Assembly (NCBI GenBank): GCA_022703585.1
Contig: JAKLDJ010000002.1
Span: 283,413-347,412, forward strand
Length of the DNA: 64,000 bases
DNA from: Candidatus Omnitrophota bacterium
GTDB lineage: Bacteria; Omnitrophota; Gorgyraeia; Zapsychrales; JAKLDJ01
Reading direction: 5' to 3'
Below the pieces are notes generated by a model that saw nothing but the letters and a program-made list of their open reading frames with translations, made no database searches and had not been told where the DNA came from. Below, piece after piece: positions 47,152 to 56,917 of this stretch. How positions within the stretch are numbered: position 1 is the first letter of the stretch; each line of letters opens with the position of its first letter. The position numbers and the translations under genes are program-made.

Positions 47152-48476
47152 TACTCACCGGTCAAATTAAGATAGTCCTTAAATTCCAGCTGGCCCGAAA
47201 CCACCTGATTGGACGCGGCAATCCTTTGAGGAATAAACGGATGGGTACGCCAGTAACTGAAATCCCGGGGCGGCTCCTTCGCTTGAATCTCCAGCAATCT
47301 TTTTAAGAATCCCGCCATAGCCTTCGGGTCATAGCCGGCCTTTTGGGCATATTTAATGCCAAGCCTATCGGCCTCAAATTCGTCCTGCTGAGAATACGCC
47401 GTAAAGATCGAGGCCATGGCCAAATCAACGCCCTGGGCCAAATCCGCGTTGCCCGACTGCGCTGCGAGAATCATCAAAACACTGTAACCATACATCCCCT
47501 GTATTTTCTTAATGCTATGCCTGGCTGTGATATGCCCGACCTCGTGGGCAATAACACAGGCAAGCTGGTCATCGTTATCAACTTTATCAACCAGCCCTTT
47601 AAAGAGATAGACAAAACCGCCGGGCAAGCTTAAGGCATTGACCTTATCATCGTCGATAATTTTAATGGTGTACACGAGCTCCTTGCGGTCACAGACCTCG
47701 AAAATTTTATCGGCTATTTCGTTGACCCGCTCGTTAACATCCACATCCGTGACCATTTTGTTTTGCTTGTCAAATTCCCGGGCTACGGACTCTCCTATCT
47801 TAATTTCTTTATCGGTCCCGTAGAGAAGCGTCTCTTGCTGCTTTGTTGCAAGGTTATACTCGGTCACACAGCCTCCCGCCCCGACCATTAAGACCAGCAT
47901 GCCGATAACAACCCCAAACTTTTTTAACATCTGATACAGCCTGGAAATCGGAAGACCGACAACATTAAAATAGCAGCCCTCGATTCTTTTTATCCACACC
48001 CCTCCTCTGCCCTCAATATCAAAACCGCCTGCCTTGTCAAAAGGTGAGACATGGGCGTAATAACGGTTGATCTCGGTATCGGATAATTCTTCCATGAATA
48101 TCTTCGTCTTCTCGCAGCCTTGAATTGTCTTTCCGGTTTTCGCGTCGATGACCGCCAAGCCGGTATAAACCCAGGAAGGATGGCAGGAAAGGTATTTGAG
48201 TATTTTCTTCGCCTCCGCCAGGTTACGGGGTTTACCGATAATTGTTCCGTTCTCCAAATAAACCAGGGTATCGGCACCGATGACAATGCCTTCGTTAAGC
48301 CGACCGGCAACATCACGGGCTTTATTGAGCGCATTCTCCTTGACCAACGCCTCGCAAGTTGTCACGATTTCTTTTGTCTCACGCGCACGGCTTTTTTTGA
48401 CAATAAACTTTAAGCCCAGAAGCTTAAGAAGTTCTTTCCTGTGTGGGGAACCCGAAGCCAGAATAATTTTTTTCAT
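47151..48476 (-). CDS. Maf nucleotide pyrophosphatase fused in-frame to an M48-family Zn-metallopeptidase lipoprotein
   Basis: N-terminus MKKIILASGSPHRKELL...GADTLVYLENGTIIGKPRN...GGFDIEG = Maf (about 195 aa). Directly followed by MLKKFGVVIGMLVLMVGAGGC (signal + lipobox), then M48 HEXXH VIAHEVGHITARH...EFEADRLG. There is no stop codon between the two halves. Confidence 0.65.
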   Translation of the reverse strand: MKKIILASGSPHRKELLKLLGLKFIVKKSRARETKEIVTTCEALVKENALNKARDVAGRLNEGIVIGADTLVYLENGTIIGKPRNLAEAKKILKYLSCHPSWVYTGLAVIDAKTGKTIQGCEKTKIFMEELSDTEINRYYAHVSPFDKAGGFDIEGRGGVWIKRIEGCYFNVVGLPISRLYQMLKKFGVVIGMLVLMVGAGGCVTEYNLATKQQETLLYGTDKEIKIGESVAREFDKQNKMVTDVDVNERVNEIADKIFEVCDRKELVYTIKIIDDDKVNALSLPGGFVYLFKGLVDKVDNDDQLACVIAHEVGHITARHSIKKIQGMYGYSVLMILAAQSGNADLAQGVDLAMASIFTAYSQQDEFEADRLGIKYAQKAGYDPKAMAGFLKRLLEIQAKEPPRDFSYWRTHPFIPQRIAASNQVVSGQLEFKDYLNLTGE

Positions 48477-48508
48477 TGTTTAAGAAGGTAGTAATACGGC
48501 AAAATTTA

Positions 48509-49069
48509 TTATTTTAAAAAATCCGAGGATTGGAAGATTGAAACCAGGGGGCATTTTTTTCCGGCAAGGGCCTCGACGGCACCTTCCTTGCGGTCGACAA
48601 TACAAACAGCCTTAACAACCTTTAGGCCCAGCTGCTCTAAGACATCAATGGACTGAACGAGCGATTTGCCGCTGGTAGCTACGTCATCAATCACCGCAAC
48701 ACGCGCACCCGGATTTAAAAGCGGCCCCTCTACCTGCTGCTGTTTTCCATACGGCTTGGGGGCCTTACGGACGATAAAGGTCAAAACAGGTTTTTTAGCC
48801 TGAAAGCTTAAAGCGGCGATAGCGCCGGCAAGAGGATCCGCCCCCAAAGTGGGGCCGCCGATCGCATCGATACGGTCGTCTTTAATAAGTTCGAGGATAA
48901 TCTTGGCGCACAAATACGACCCTTCAGGGCTTAATGTCACCCTTCTGGCGTCGATATAGAAATCGCTCTGTTTCCCCGAAGAGAGGGTAATTTTTTCCTT
49001 AAAGAAAGCCTGCGTTTTAAGAATTTCCAGCAATCTTTTTTTATCTTCCGCAAGAGTGGTCGTAGTCAT
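48509..49069 (-). CDS. pyrE: orotate phosphoribosyltransferase
   Basis: SGKQSDFYID...PRPP motif VAVIDDVATSGKS. 186 aa. Confidence 0.85.
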   Translation of the reverse strand: MTTTTLAEDKKRLLEILKTQAFFKEKITLSSGKQSDFYIDARRVTLSPEGSYLCAKIILELIKDDRIDAIGGPTLGADPLAGAIAALSFQAKKPVLTFIVRKAPKPYGKQQQVEGPLLNPGARVAVIDDVATSGKSLVQSIDVLEQLGLKVVKAVCIVDRKEGAVEALAGKKCPLVSIFQSSDFLK

Positions 49070-49087
49070 TGTTAGATAGTACCGTGG

Positions 49088-49381
49088 TTATTGGGTTTGA
49101 GGAACTTCGAGTTTGCGTTTCTTAATTTCATTGATCAGAACAATACGGTAACGTAACAATCCTTTAAAGCTGTCATATTCTTCCGGGGTGTATCCGGATG
49201 TATTGCGTAGGGCGGTCGACGCCTCAATTTCTACCGATACATCGATATAGGCATCCGTCAGTTCTTTATCGGATAGCTTGGCAATCTCATCATCGTTTAG
49301 AATCTTTGTCGCCGGCGAGGCTGAAAACGCTCCCGCAGTAAAGGCCGTCAGCATAGCCGCTAACAAAATTATTTTAGCCAT
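49088..49381 (-). CDS. small secreted protein (hypothetical)
   Basis: Start moved to the internal ATG at 49381 (GGGAGG RBS 7 nt upstream), giving MAKIILLAAMLTAFTAGAFSA as a signal peptide. Confidence 0.45.
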   Translation of the reverse strand: MAKIILLAAMLTAFTAGAFSASPATKILNDDEIAKLSDKELTDAYIDVSVEIEASTALRNTSGYTPEEYDSFKGLLRYRIVLINEIKKRKLEVPQTQ

Positions 49382-49602
49382 CGTTAACCTCCCTTTGCAT
49401 CGAGTTACCAAAATGCACCGTCCGGGGACAACGGATCTTAAAAGAGCATCCATCAAATTTTAATGGTTATTATACGACGATTGTCAAAAGCTTACAAGTT
49501 CATTTGCGAAAATAGGTTCCCCGGAATTATCAAATAATTTTTTAGAGAACCTGAAATCGCGCCGGGTTTGACATTAAAAATAGGCCATGTTATTATAACG
49601 GC

Positions 49603-50340
49603 GTGTTTGGGAAATTATTAAACGGCCTCTGCGATCTTGTCTACCCCCGCAATTGCCTTGTCTGCAAAAAATACATCACCTCAGACAAAAAGGGGCAGGC
49701 CCTGTGCGCAAGCTGTCTCGGCCTGATTGAACCCAACCATCCCCCCTTTTGTCTAAAGTGTTCGCGTCATTTGGCAAGTGACCTCGGCCAATCTTATTGC
49801 CAAGAATGCCGCCACGACAAACATCATTTTGACAGCGCCTGGGCAGCGGTTATTTATAACGATGCGATGAAAAAACTCCTTCACTTGTTTAAATACGGCG
49901 ACAGGACAGCCCTGGCGGACACCTTTGCAGAGTTGACATTCTCTTTTGTCGAAAACTACCATATCGATATCTGCCGTTTCGACTTGGTCATACCCATCCC
50001 GTTACATCCCACGCGCTTACGTGAACGGGGCTATAACCAATCCCAATTACTGTCACAACGATTATCAGGAAAATTCAACCTTCAACAAAATGAAAAGATC
50101 TTAAAAAGGATTGTTCATACCAAAAACCAGGCGCTTTTAGGCAAAAAAGAGCGCTGGACAAATATACACGGTGCCTTTAGAATAAATGATCAATTCCCTG
50201 TATTCAAAAAGTCCGTTCTGGTCGTCGATGATCTTTTAACTACCGGGGCGACAATTTCCGAGGTGGCCAAGGTTTTGAAAGAAGCGGGTGCCAAAGAAGT
50301 CTGCGGCTTAACATTGGCCGTCGCACTTCAGGATGGATAG
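49603..50340 (+). CDS. comF: ComF-family protein (double zinc-ribbon + phosphoribosyltransferase domain)
   Basis: N-terminal CLVC...CASC...CLKC...CQEC. C-terminal PRTase motif VLVVDDLLTTGATI. Confidence 0.75.
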   Translation: MFGKLLNGLCDLVYPRNCLVCKKYITSDKKGQALCASCLGLIEPNHPPFCLKCSRHLASDLGQSYCQECRHDKHHFDSAWAAVIYNDAMKKLLHLFKYGDRTALADTFAELTFSFVENYHIDICRFDLVIPIPLHPTRLRERGYNQSQLLSQRLSGKFNLQQNEKILKRIVHTKNQALLGKKERWTNIHGAFRINDQFPVFKKSVLVVDDLLTTGATISEVAKVLKEAGAKEVCGLTLAVALQDG

Positions 50341-50377
50341 CACTTTAAACAGGCAACAATTAAACAGACGATAAAAA

Positions 50378-51472
50378 ATGAAAATACTCAGAAATTATAT
50401 CTTACGCGAATGCGTCACGCCCTTTCTGCTGTCTTTAGGCGTCCTCACTTGCGTTTTCTTGCTGGGCAATCTTATTCGCCTGGCCAATATGGTTATTAAT
50501 AAAGGAGTGAGCTTAAACCTGATCGGGAAAATATTTGTTTTGTATATCCCCCTGCTTTTAGGATACACCCTGCCGATTGCGTGCCTAGTCACCGTCATCT
50601 TAACCTTCAGCCGGTTTTCCGCCGATAACGAGATCCTGGCCATACGCGCCAGCGGCATTCATTTAAGGAAGCTGCTAGCCCCCTTAATCGCCCTGGGGAT
50701 TATCGTGAGCCTCTTTTCGATCGTCCTAAACGAAAAAATTATTCCCTACGCCCATCACGAACAACGCAAGCTCTTTAAGAATATCGGTGCCAGCAACCCT
50801 ACCGCCATCCTGGAGGCGGGTTCGTTTATTAACGCCTTTAAAGATCAGATTATATTTATTTACAAAATTGAAGGCAACCGGCTTTACAACATCCATATCT
50901 ACCAGCCCCAGCCCGACAACAAGCCGACCCGCACCATCATTGCCCGTGAAGGGGAATTTACCCCCGTACCCGGCGAAAATAAAATAAAGCTTAAGCTCAT
51001 GAACGGCACCTCGGATGAGCCTAATTTTGAAAACCCCAATAGTTTTTATAAACTTAACTTCAAAAACTATTTTATGACTCTGGATTTATCCGGAGGGGAA
51101 AAACAAAAGGTCGACAAAAAACCCAAGGGCATGACTTTAAAAGAACTGTCGGATAAAATCAAGACCTTCGATAAAATCTCGGTCGACTCCTCGCCTTTGA
51201 TTGCAGAGTATCATCGAAAAATCAGCTGGTCTTTTTCGGCGTTTCTATTCATTCTTCTGGGATTTCCTATCGCCGTTATTACCCACCGGCGGGAGCGCAG
51301 CGCTAACGTCGGCCTGGCTGTCCTTTGCGCGGCCGCCTATTATTTGCTGTCCTTAGGCTGCGAAGGCTTAAGCATTCAAAATATCACACCGCCGGCTATC
51401 ACTATGTGGATCCCGAATATCGTCGGCGGGGCTATCGCCATCTTCTTAAATTACAAACTATGCAAATCCTAG
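50378..51472 (+). CDS. lptF: LptF/LptG-family LPS export permease (LptF-like)
   Basis: MKILRNYILRECVTPFLLSLGVLTCVFLLGNLIRL and ...NEILAIRASGI are typical of the YjgP/YjgQ family. Six TMs with a central periplasmic beta-jellyroll region. Confidence 0.75.
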   Translation: MKILRNYILRECVTPFLLSLGVLTCVFLLGNLIRLANMVINKGVSLNLIGKIFVLYIPLLLGYTLPIACLVTVILTFSRFSADNEILAIRASGIHLRKLLAPLIALGIIVSLFSIVLNEKIIPYAHHEQRKLFKNIGASNPTAILEAGSFINAFKDQIIFIYKIEGNRLYNIHIYQPQPDNKPTRTIIAREGEFTPVPGENKIKLKLMNGTSDEPNFENPNSFYKLNFKNYFMTLDLSGGEKQKVDKKPKGMTLKELSDKIKTFDKISVDSSPLIAEYHRKISWSFSAFLFILLGFPIAVITHRRERSANVGLAVLCAAAYYLLSLGCEGLSIQNITPPAITMWIPNIVGGAIAIFLNYKLCKS

Positions 51473-52566
51473 ACCGTTACATCACACGTTCGATCATCAT
51501 TACTTTTTTTACCACCATCCTGGTATTTTCCTGTATGTACGTCCTTATTGACGCTGCCAGCAATTTGGATGAAATTATCCGGGCCAAGGTACCTACGCGT
51601 ATCATGGTGCAGTATTACCTGTCCTTTATCCCTATCATCATCGTGCAAACCGCCTCGATTGCTTGCCTGATTGCCACCCTTCTCACTTTTGGAACCCTTA
51701 ACTTGCATAATGAGATCATTGCGCTGCGCAGCTGCGGCATGAGCTTCTGGCGCATCGCCAAACCCGCGCTTTATTTTGGGCTTCTCGTTTCCGTTGTTAT
51801 CTTTTGGGTCAACGAACAATTTGTCCCGCAGGCCACCGCCATCTCGACTCAAATCCGCAATGAAAATATCGTTGTTGAAGCCGATACCAATAAGAAGAAA
51901 AAGGAGAAAATTAAAAATCTCACCTTCTACGGATTAAAAAACCGCCTTTACTTTATCGACTCTTTTGACCCTAACAATTTTGAGCTGGAAGGTATTACTG
52001 TTATCGGCCGGGATAATAACCAGAATATCAAAGAGAAGATTGTCGCTTTTAAAGGCCAGTGGACGGGGATAGCCTGGAAATTCTTGAATGCCCACGTAAC
52101 GACATTCGAGACCGCCGACGTCGGCGCCCCCGGAGAAATAAAATACTATGAACAAAAACTAATGGACATCAAAGAAAACCCGCAGGATTTTATGCGGCAA
52201 AGGCTGGATGTTAACTCGATGAATATCCGCCAGCTATACGAGTATATCACCCGCTTCTCCAGCAGCGGTGCTGTTAAAGCCCTCAACAGCCTGCGTGTTG
52301 ACCTGCATCAAAAGATAGCTTTTCCTGTAGGAAATATCGTGATTTTGTTGGTCGGGCTTCCCTTAGCCATGATGACCGGAAGAAGAAAGGCCTTTACCTT
52401 TACCGCTTTAGGAATCGGCATTGTTGTCGGCTTTCTGTTCCAGGTCCTTAACGCCGTCGGGCTGGCCTTAGGTAAAGGCGGCTGGCTCCCTCCCATCTTG
52501 TCTGCGTGGCTAACGCCCATCATATTTTTGGGCGTTGCTCTTTATATCATCAAGACTAAATTCTAA
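51460..52566 (+). CDS. lptG: LptF/LptG-family LPS export permease (LptG-like)
   Basis: MQILDRYITRSIIITFFTT...NEIIALRSCGMSFWRI. ATG at 51460, overlapping the lptF stop by 13 nt. The ORF-track start at 51325 lies inside lptF. Confidence 0.75.
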   Translation: MQILDRYITRSIIITFFTTILVFSCMYVLIDAASNLDEIIRAKVPTRIMVQYYLSFIPIIIVQTASIACLIATLLTFGTLNLHNEIIALRSCGMSFWRIAKPALYFGLLVSVVIFWVNEQFVPQATAISTQIRNENIVVEADTNKKKKEKIKNLTFYGLKNRLYFIDSFDPNNFELEGITVIGRDNNQNIKEKIVAFKGQWTGIAWKFLNAHVTTFETADVGAPGEIKYYEQKLMDIKENPQDFMRQRLDVNSMNIRQLYEYITRFSSSGAVKALNSLRVDLHQKIAFPVGNIVILLVGLPLAMMTGRRKAFTFTALGIGIVVGFLFQVLNAVGLALGKGGWLPPILSAWLTPIIFLGVALYIIKTKF

Positions 52567-52641
52567 TCAAACCGCAATAGTCCGATTTCCGGAAATTCCT
52601 TAAGAGATCAATTCTGTGATTGGCTAAAAGAGAATTTGCGT

Positions 52642-53790
52642 TTACCGTTTATAAACGCGGGGGAGGCGGTTTCCCAGACTGCAGGTAATTTCGTAGTTAA
52701 TGGTATCCGCGAGAGAGGCAAGGTCATCGGCGAATATCGTTTTCTTTTTTTGGGTACCCAATAGCACGACGGGAATGCCGATTTTTGCCGATTTTACGCG
52801 GCTGACATCCACCATCACTTGATCCATCGTTACCCGGCCCACCAGGGGGCAAAAAATCCCATTCACTAAAACCCGAGCGCTATTAGAAAAGCAGCGAAAA
52901 TACCCGTCATTGTAGCCGATGGGAAGAGTGGCAATATTCATATCTTTCTTCGCGATAAAGGTGCGCCCATAACTGATGCTGCGGCCCTTCGCCACTGTCT
53001 TTAAGAATATAATTTTTGATTTAACGCTCAGGGCGGGCTTTAATTCGATTTTAGATCTTAGCGTAGGGCTCGGGTAAAGCCCGTAGAGCATCAGTCCCGG
53101 GCGGATGAGATTAAAAACATCCATCCGGTAATCCACCAGCCCCATACTGTTGGCAACATGCCGATAGGGAATAACAATATCGAATTTCTTCAGCTGTTCC
53201 ATTAATTCTAAGAAATGCCCTATTTGTGAGCGAGTGAAGTGCTTATCGCTATCCGCAGCCGGAAAATGGGTGTAGACCCCTTCGATTGCGATCATCGGCA
53301 GCCGGCCGATAGTTTTGATAAACTGTAAAGCCTCCTCGTACCAAACCCCCAGCCGCCCCATGCCGGTATCGATCTTGATATGAATGCCGATCTTCCTTCC
53401 TTTCTTCTTGGCATAGCGGTTTAGGGCATTGGCCAACGGGAGAGTACACACCGTCGGTGTCAAATCATAATCGATCACTTCTTTCGCGTACAAGGGAAAC
53501 ACATTTTCGAATATCAGAATCGGCTTCTTAATTCCGTGATTTCTTAAGATAATGCCTTCGTCCAAGTCGGCAACGCCCAAGAGATCCGCCCCCTCTCGCT
53601 GTAAAAGATGCGCTACCTCAATCATGCCGTGCCCGTAGGCATTGGCTTTGACCACGGAAAGAATAGCTGTTTGCCGGCCGGCTATGCGACTGATTTCCTT
53701 AAAATTATATCTGATGGCCTTTAAGTCCACCTCGGCCCAGGTCGGTTGAAAAGGCTTTTTAATTCTTTTGTCAAAGATTTTCGTCTTCAT
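52642..53790 (-). CDS. alr: alanine racemase
   Basis: PLP-Lys motif AILSVVKANAYGHG. The catalytic Tyr region is near the C-terminus. ATGA overlap with the tsaB stop. Confidence 0.85.
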   Translation of the reverse strand: MKTKIFDKRIKKPFQPTWAEVDLKAIRYNFKEISRIAGRQTAILSVVKANAYGHGMIEVAHLLQREGADLLGVADLDEGIILRNHGIKKPILIFENVFPLYAKEVIDYDLTPTVCTLPLANALNRYAKKKGRKIGIHIKIDTGMGRLGVWYEEALQFIKTIGRLPMIAIEGVYTHFPAADSDKHFTRSQIGHFLELMEQLKKFDIVIPYRHVANSMGLVDYRMDVFNLIRPGLMLYGLYPSPTLRSKIELKPALSVKSKIIFLKTVAKGRSISYGRTFIAKKDMNIATLPIGYNDGYFRCFSNSARVLVNGIFCPLVGRVTMDQVMVDVSRVKSAKIGIPVVLLGTQKKKTIFADDLASLADTINYEITCSLGNRLPRVYKR

Positions 53791-54479
53791 TTCTTGCTCA
53801 CCTGGCAATCATCCGGATAAAGATAAAGCGGAATTAACTTTTGCGGGTTATCAAAATGCTTCTTCCTGAACCGCGGCTCGGCCAAGAACGCCAATTGATC
53901 CGCATAGGGAAACCACTGTTTGGTATCTGCAAATTCCACGGTGAGGTGCCGTTGTGCGCCATAGTGTTCAATGGCTTCCCTGCAAAGGCTGATTCCGTCA
54001 CCGATAAAAAGAGTTTGTTTCTTAATTTTTCCCAATAATTTCTTAATATCAACGAGAAGATATTCTGTTTTCTTTCTTAACGTGCCGTTTTTTAATTCGT
54101 AAACACAGCTGAAAAGCAGATTCCGCTTGGCATCACAGATAACACAAATATCCATTCCCGGCCTGGGAATAGCATTCATCGCCAGGATATCCAGGCTGGG
54201 GATCCCGACAACAGGCTTTTGTGTTGCGAAGGCCAGGGCTTTGACCGTGGACAAGCCCACTCGCAGGCTGGTAAACGATCCCGGGCCTAAGCCCACCGCA
54301 AAGCCATCCAGCCCTTTAAGGGTGACTTTGGCCTTCTTTAAAATTTCTTCAATCGCCGGAATAATCGAAGATGAAAGAATTTTCTCAAGGTAAAGGTTAC
54401 GAACCTTAAGCATTTTTCCGTCTTGGGCCAGACCCAAGCTAAAATTCTTTGTCGAAGTTTCCAGGCAGAGAATCTTCAT
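53787..54479 (-). CDS. tsaB: tRNA t6A37 biosynthesis protein TsaB (YeaZ)
   Basis: MKILCLETSTKNFSLGLAQDG...GLDGFAVGLGPGSFTSLRVGLSTVKALAFA. Confidence 0.8.
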   Translation of the reverse strand: MKILCLETSTKNFSLGLAQDGKMLKVRNLYLEKILSSSIIPAIEEILKKAKVTLKGLDGFAVGLGPGSFTSLRVGLSTVKALAFATQKPVVGIPSLDILAMNAIPRPGMDICVICDAKRNLLFSCVYELKNGTLRKKTEYLLVDIKKLLGKIKKQTLFIGDGISLCREAIEHYGAQRHLTVEFADTKQWFPYADQLAFLAEPRFRKKHFDNPQKLIPLYLYPDDCQVSKK

Positions 54480-54937
54480 AGTTTTAGATGCTCCATGAGC
54501 AGCCGGCTGCGTTTTCCCGAGGCGGAGATTCTAATAAGCCGCTGATCATCCTTGCGATGAAAGAAATGCACCGCCAGATGGTCATCGGGAAGAAGCGTTC
54601 CCATCCTCTGCGCCCATTCCACGACCGAGACCCCTTCGCCGTAGAGATATTCCTCCGAACCGACGGAGAGAACCTGTTTGTAATTTTCGGCACGGTAAAG
54701 GTCAAAATGATACAGCGGCAATTTGCCTTCATAAATATTGAGTAAAACAAAAGAAGGACTGCTGACGGTATCCGGTTCGATTCTTAATCCTTTGGCTATC
54801 CCTTTGGTCAAAGTGGTTTTGCCGCTACCCAGCTCCCCAAAAAGACAGACAATGTCGCCGCGTTTTAAATGACCGGCCAAATGCTGCCCCAAGGTAATCG
54901 TCTCTTCTCTGCTTTTGGATAAATGTTCAATAATCAT
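54476..54937 (-). CDS. tsaE: tRNA t6A37 biosynthesis ATPase TsaE (YjeE)
   Basis: Walker A GELGSGKTTLTKGIAKGL. 153 aa, matching the YjeE family layout. ATGA overlap with tsaB. Confidence 0.8.
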   Translation of the reverse strand: MIIEHLSKSREETITLGQHLAGHLKRGDIVCLFGELGSGKTTLTKGIAKGLRIEPDTVSSPSFVLLNIYEGKLPLYHFDLYRAENYKQVLSVGSEEYLYGEGVSVVEWAQRMGTLLPDDHLAVHFFHRKDDQRLIRISASGKRSRLLMEHLKL

Positions 54938-54940
54938 GGC

Positions 54941-55861
54941 TTAGAAATGAATGTAACTTTTCGCGGCGATCAATCGTCTTTTCCCTTTGTTGTCCACCAA
55001 AACCAGTTGGCGAGAGCTGCCGGTCACATCACCGATATAATAAAATTTGAATTTGCGATTGTGCCTTTTTATCAATGCCCGAACCTTGCTGGACGGCAAA
55101 GTAAAAATCAGTTCGAAATCTTCGCCGTCATAAAGGGCGTTACGAAGTTGGGCGCGGTGATTTCTGGGGATCAGCCTGTCAAAAATCACCGCGCCCACCT
55201 TGCTTTCCTCTAAAATGTGATTCAAATCCCCGGCAAGCCCGTCGGAAATATCAATCATCGCCGTGGGCGTAAAATTTTTGACAAGGTACTGCGCTTCTTT
55301 AATCCGTGGGGTAAAGTTAAGATGTTTGCCCGTGGTAAGCGAACGGCCCAACGGGCCGGTGACAAAAATTTTATCGCCCTTTTTTGCACCGGAGCGGAAA
55401 ATAATCTGGCGCTTCTGGGCTTCGCCCAGAAGCGCCACATTAATCACAATCTTTTCACTACTCACCGTGTCCCCGCCGACAATACCGATCTTAAACTGTT
55501 TCGCCAAGACAGACATTCCTTTATAAATTCTTTGTACATAATCCACGCTCAAACCCGGCGGCACACCCAAAGACACAACCGCGTACGTCGGCACTCCCCC
55601 CATCGCCGCAATATCGCTGATACTGCAAGCAAGGGATTTGCGCCCGATGAGCTCAGGCCCCATAATTTTGGTAAAATGCTTCCCTTCAACCAGCATATCG
55701 GCCGTAAACAGAAGATATCGCTTAGGACTGTACGCCAAAACAGCTGTGTCATCACCAATACCCTTAATGACGCCTTTTTGACGCCTGGCCGATTTGGCGA
55801 TACGCCCGATCAAGCCGAATTCACCGATATCTTTTAAGCGAACTTTGTTCCCATGCGACAT
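54941..55861 (-). CDS. thiL: thiamine-monophosphate kinase
   Basis: GEFGLIGRI...IGDDTAVL...LLFTADMLVEGKHF is the AIR-synthase-related N-terminus typical of ThiL. Confidence 0.8.
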   Translation of the reverse strand: MSHGNKVRLKDIGEFGLIGRIAKSARRQKGVIKGIGDDTAVLAYSPKRYLLFTADMLVEGKHFTKIMGPELIGRKSLACSISDIAAMGGVPTYAVVSLGVPPGLSVDYVQRIYKGMSVLAKQFKIGIVGGDTVSSEKIVINVALLGEAQKRQIIFRSGAKKGDKIFVTGPLGRSLTTGKHLNFTPRIKEAQYLVKNFTPTAMIDISDGLAGDLNHILEESKVGAVIFDRLIPRNHRAQLRNALYDGEDFELIFTLPSSKVRALIKRHNRKFKFYYIGDVTGSSRQLVLVDNKGKRRLIAAKSYIHF

Positions 55862-55862
55862 A

Positions 55863-56909
55863 TCAATCCAGAAACTTTCTTATATGCTTCTTAAAAGACG
55901 AATAAATAATACCCTTTTCCGTAACAATCCCTTTAACCAAACGATGGTCGGTCACATCAAATGCGGGGTTGTAGGTTTTAACTCCTCGCGGCGCAATACG
56001 CACGCCCTTAATTTCGGTAATTTCCTTAGAATCACGTTCTTCAATCGGAATATCTCGTCCAGTTTTGGTTTTCCGGTCAAACGTCGACAGCGGCGCCGCC
56101 ACGTAAAACGGAATTTTATGATACCGCGCCAAGACTGCCAGATTATAGGTGCCGATTTTGTTAGCGGTGTCCCCGTTAAGAGCAATCCTATCGGCACCGG
56201 TCATCACCATATCGATTTTTCCCTGACGCATCAACGTGGCCGCCATGCTGTCGGTAATAAGGGTGACGTCAATCCCCGCGCGCATCAATTCCCAGGTGGT
56301 AAGCCGCGCACCCTGCAATAAAGGCCGCGTCTCACAGGCATAGACCTTAAACCGCTTTCCCCGGGCTTTGGCGCTGTACATGACGCCTAAGGCCGTTCCG
56401 TAATCAACTGTCACTAGAGCCCCGGTGTTACAAATAGTTAGAATACGACTGCCATTTTTAATAAGCCCTGAACCATTCTTACCGATTTGCCGACAGACTA
56501 TTCTGTCTTCATTGTAAATATCAAAGGCCTCTTTTTTAAGAAGTATTTTTAATTGCTCAACGGACGCTTTGGGGTTTCCGGCCAAAACACTTTTCATTTG
56601 CGTCAGCGCATTGAATAAATTGACTGCGGTCGGCCGAGACGAGCCGACATACACACACAATTTATCCAAGAATTTCTCAAAGGCGAATCTATCTTTGCCC
56701 TTAAAATCTTTTAATCCTAACAACACCGCAAATGCCGCCGCCACCCCCAACGCAGGAGCCCCGCGGATCGTTAAGGTTTTTATCGCTGCCCAAAGAGTTT
56801 TAACATCTTTACAAACAACATACTTAAGCGTAAGCGGCAGTTTCCGCTGGTCGATGATGATTACCGCGCTGTTCGTCCATTTAATCGTTTGAATCGCCAT
56901 GTTTGCCAT
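55863..56909 (-). CDS. mtnA: S-methyl-5-thioribose-1-phosphate isomerase (eIF-2B/MtnA family)
   Basis: VIIIDQRKLPLTLKYV.C....LW.AIKTLTIRGAPALGVAAAF matches the MtnA consensus. 348 aa. Confidence 0.75.
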   Translation of the reverse strand: MANMAIQTIKWTNSAVIIIDQRKLPLTLKYVVCKDVKTLWAAIKTLTIRGAPALGVAAAFAVLLGLKDFKGKDRFAFEKFLDKLCVYVGSSRPTAVNLFNALTQMKSVLAGNPKASVEQLKILLKKEAFDIYNEDRIVCRQIGKNGSGLIKNGSRILTICNTGALVTVDYGTALGVMYSAKARGKRFKVYACETRPLLQGARLTTWELMRAGIDVTLITDSMAATLMRQGKIDMVMTGADRIALNGDTANKIGTYNLAVLARYHKIPFYVAAPLSTFDRKTKTGRDIPIEERDSKEITEIKGVRIAPRGVKTYNPAFDVTDHRLVKGIVTEKGIIYSSFKKHIRKFLD

Positions 56910-56917
56910 GCCCTTCG

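Noticed and set aside
51325-51459. N-terminal 45 codons of the ORF-track lptG call
   Set aside because: This stretch overlaps the 3' end of lptF in another frame. The conserved LptF/G N-terminus MQILDRYI begins at the ATG at 51460.
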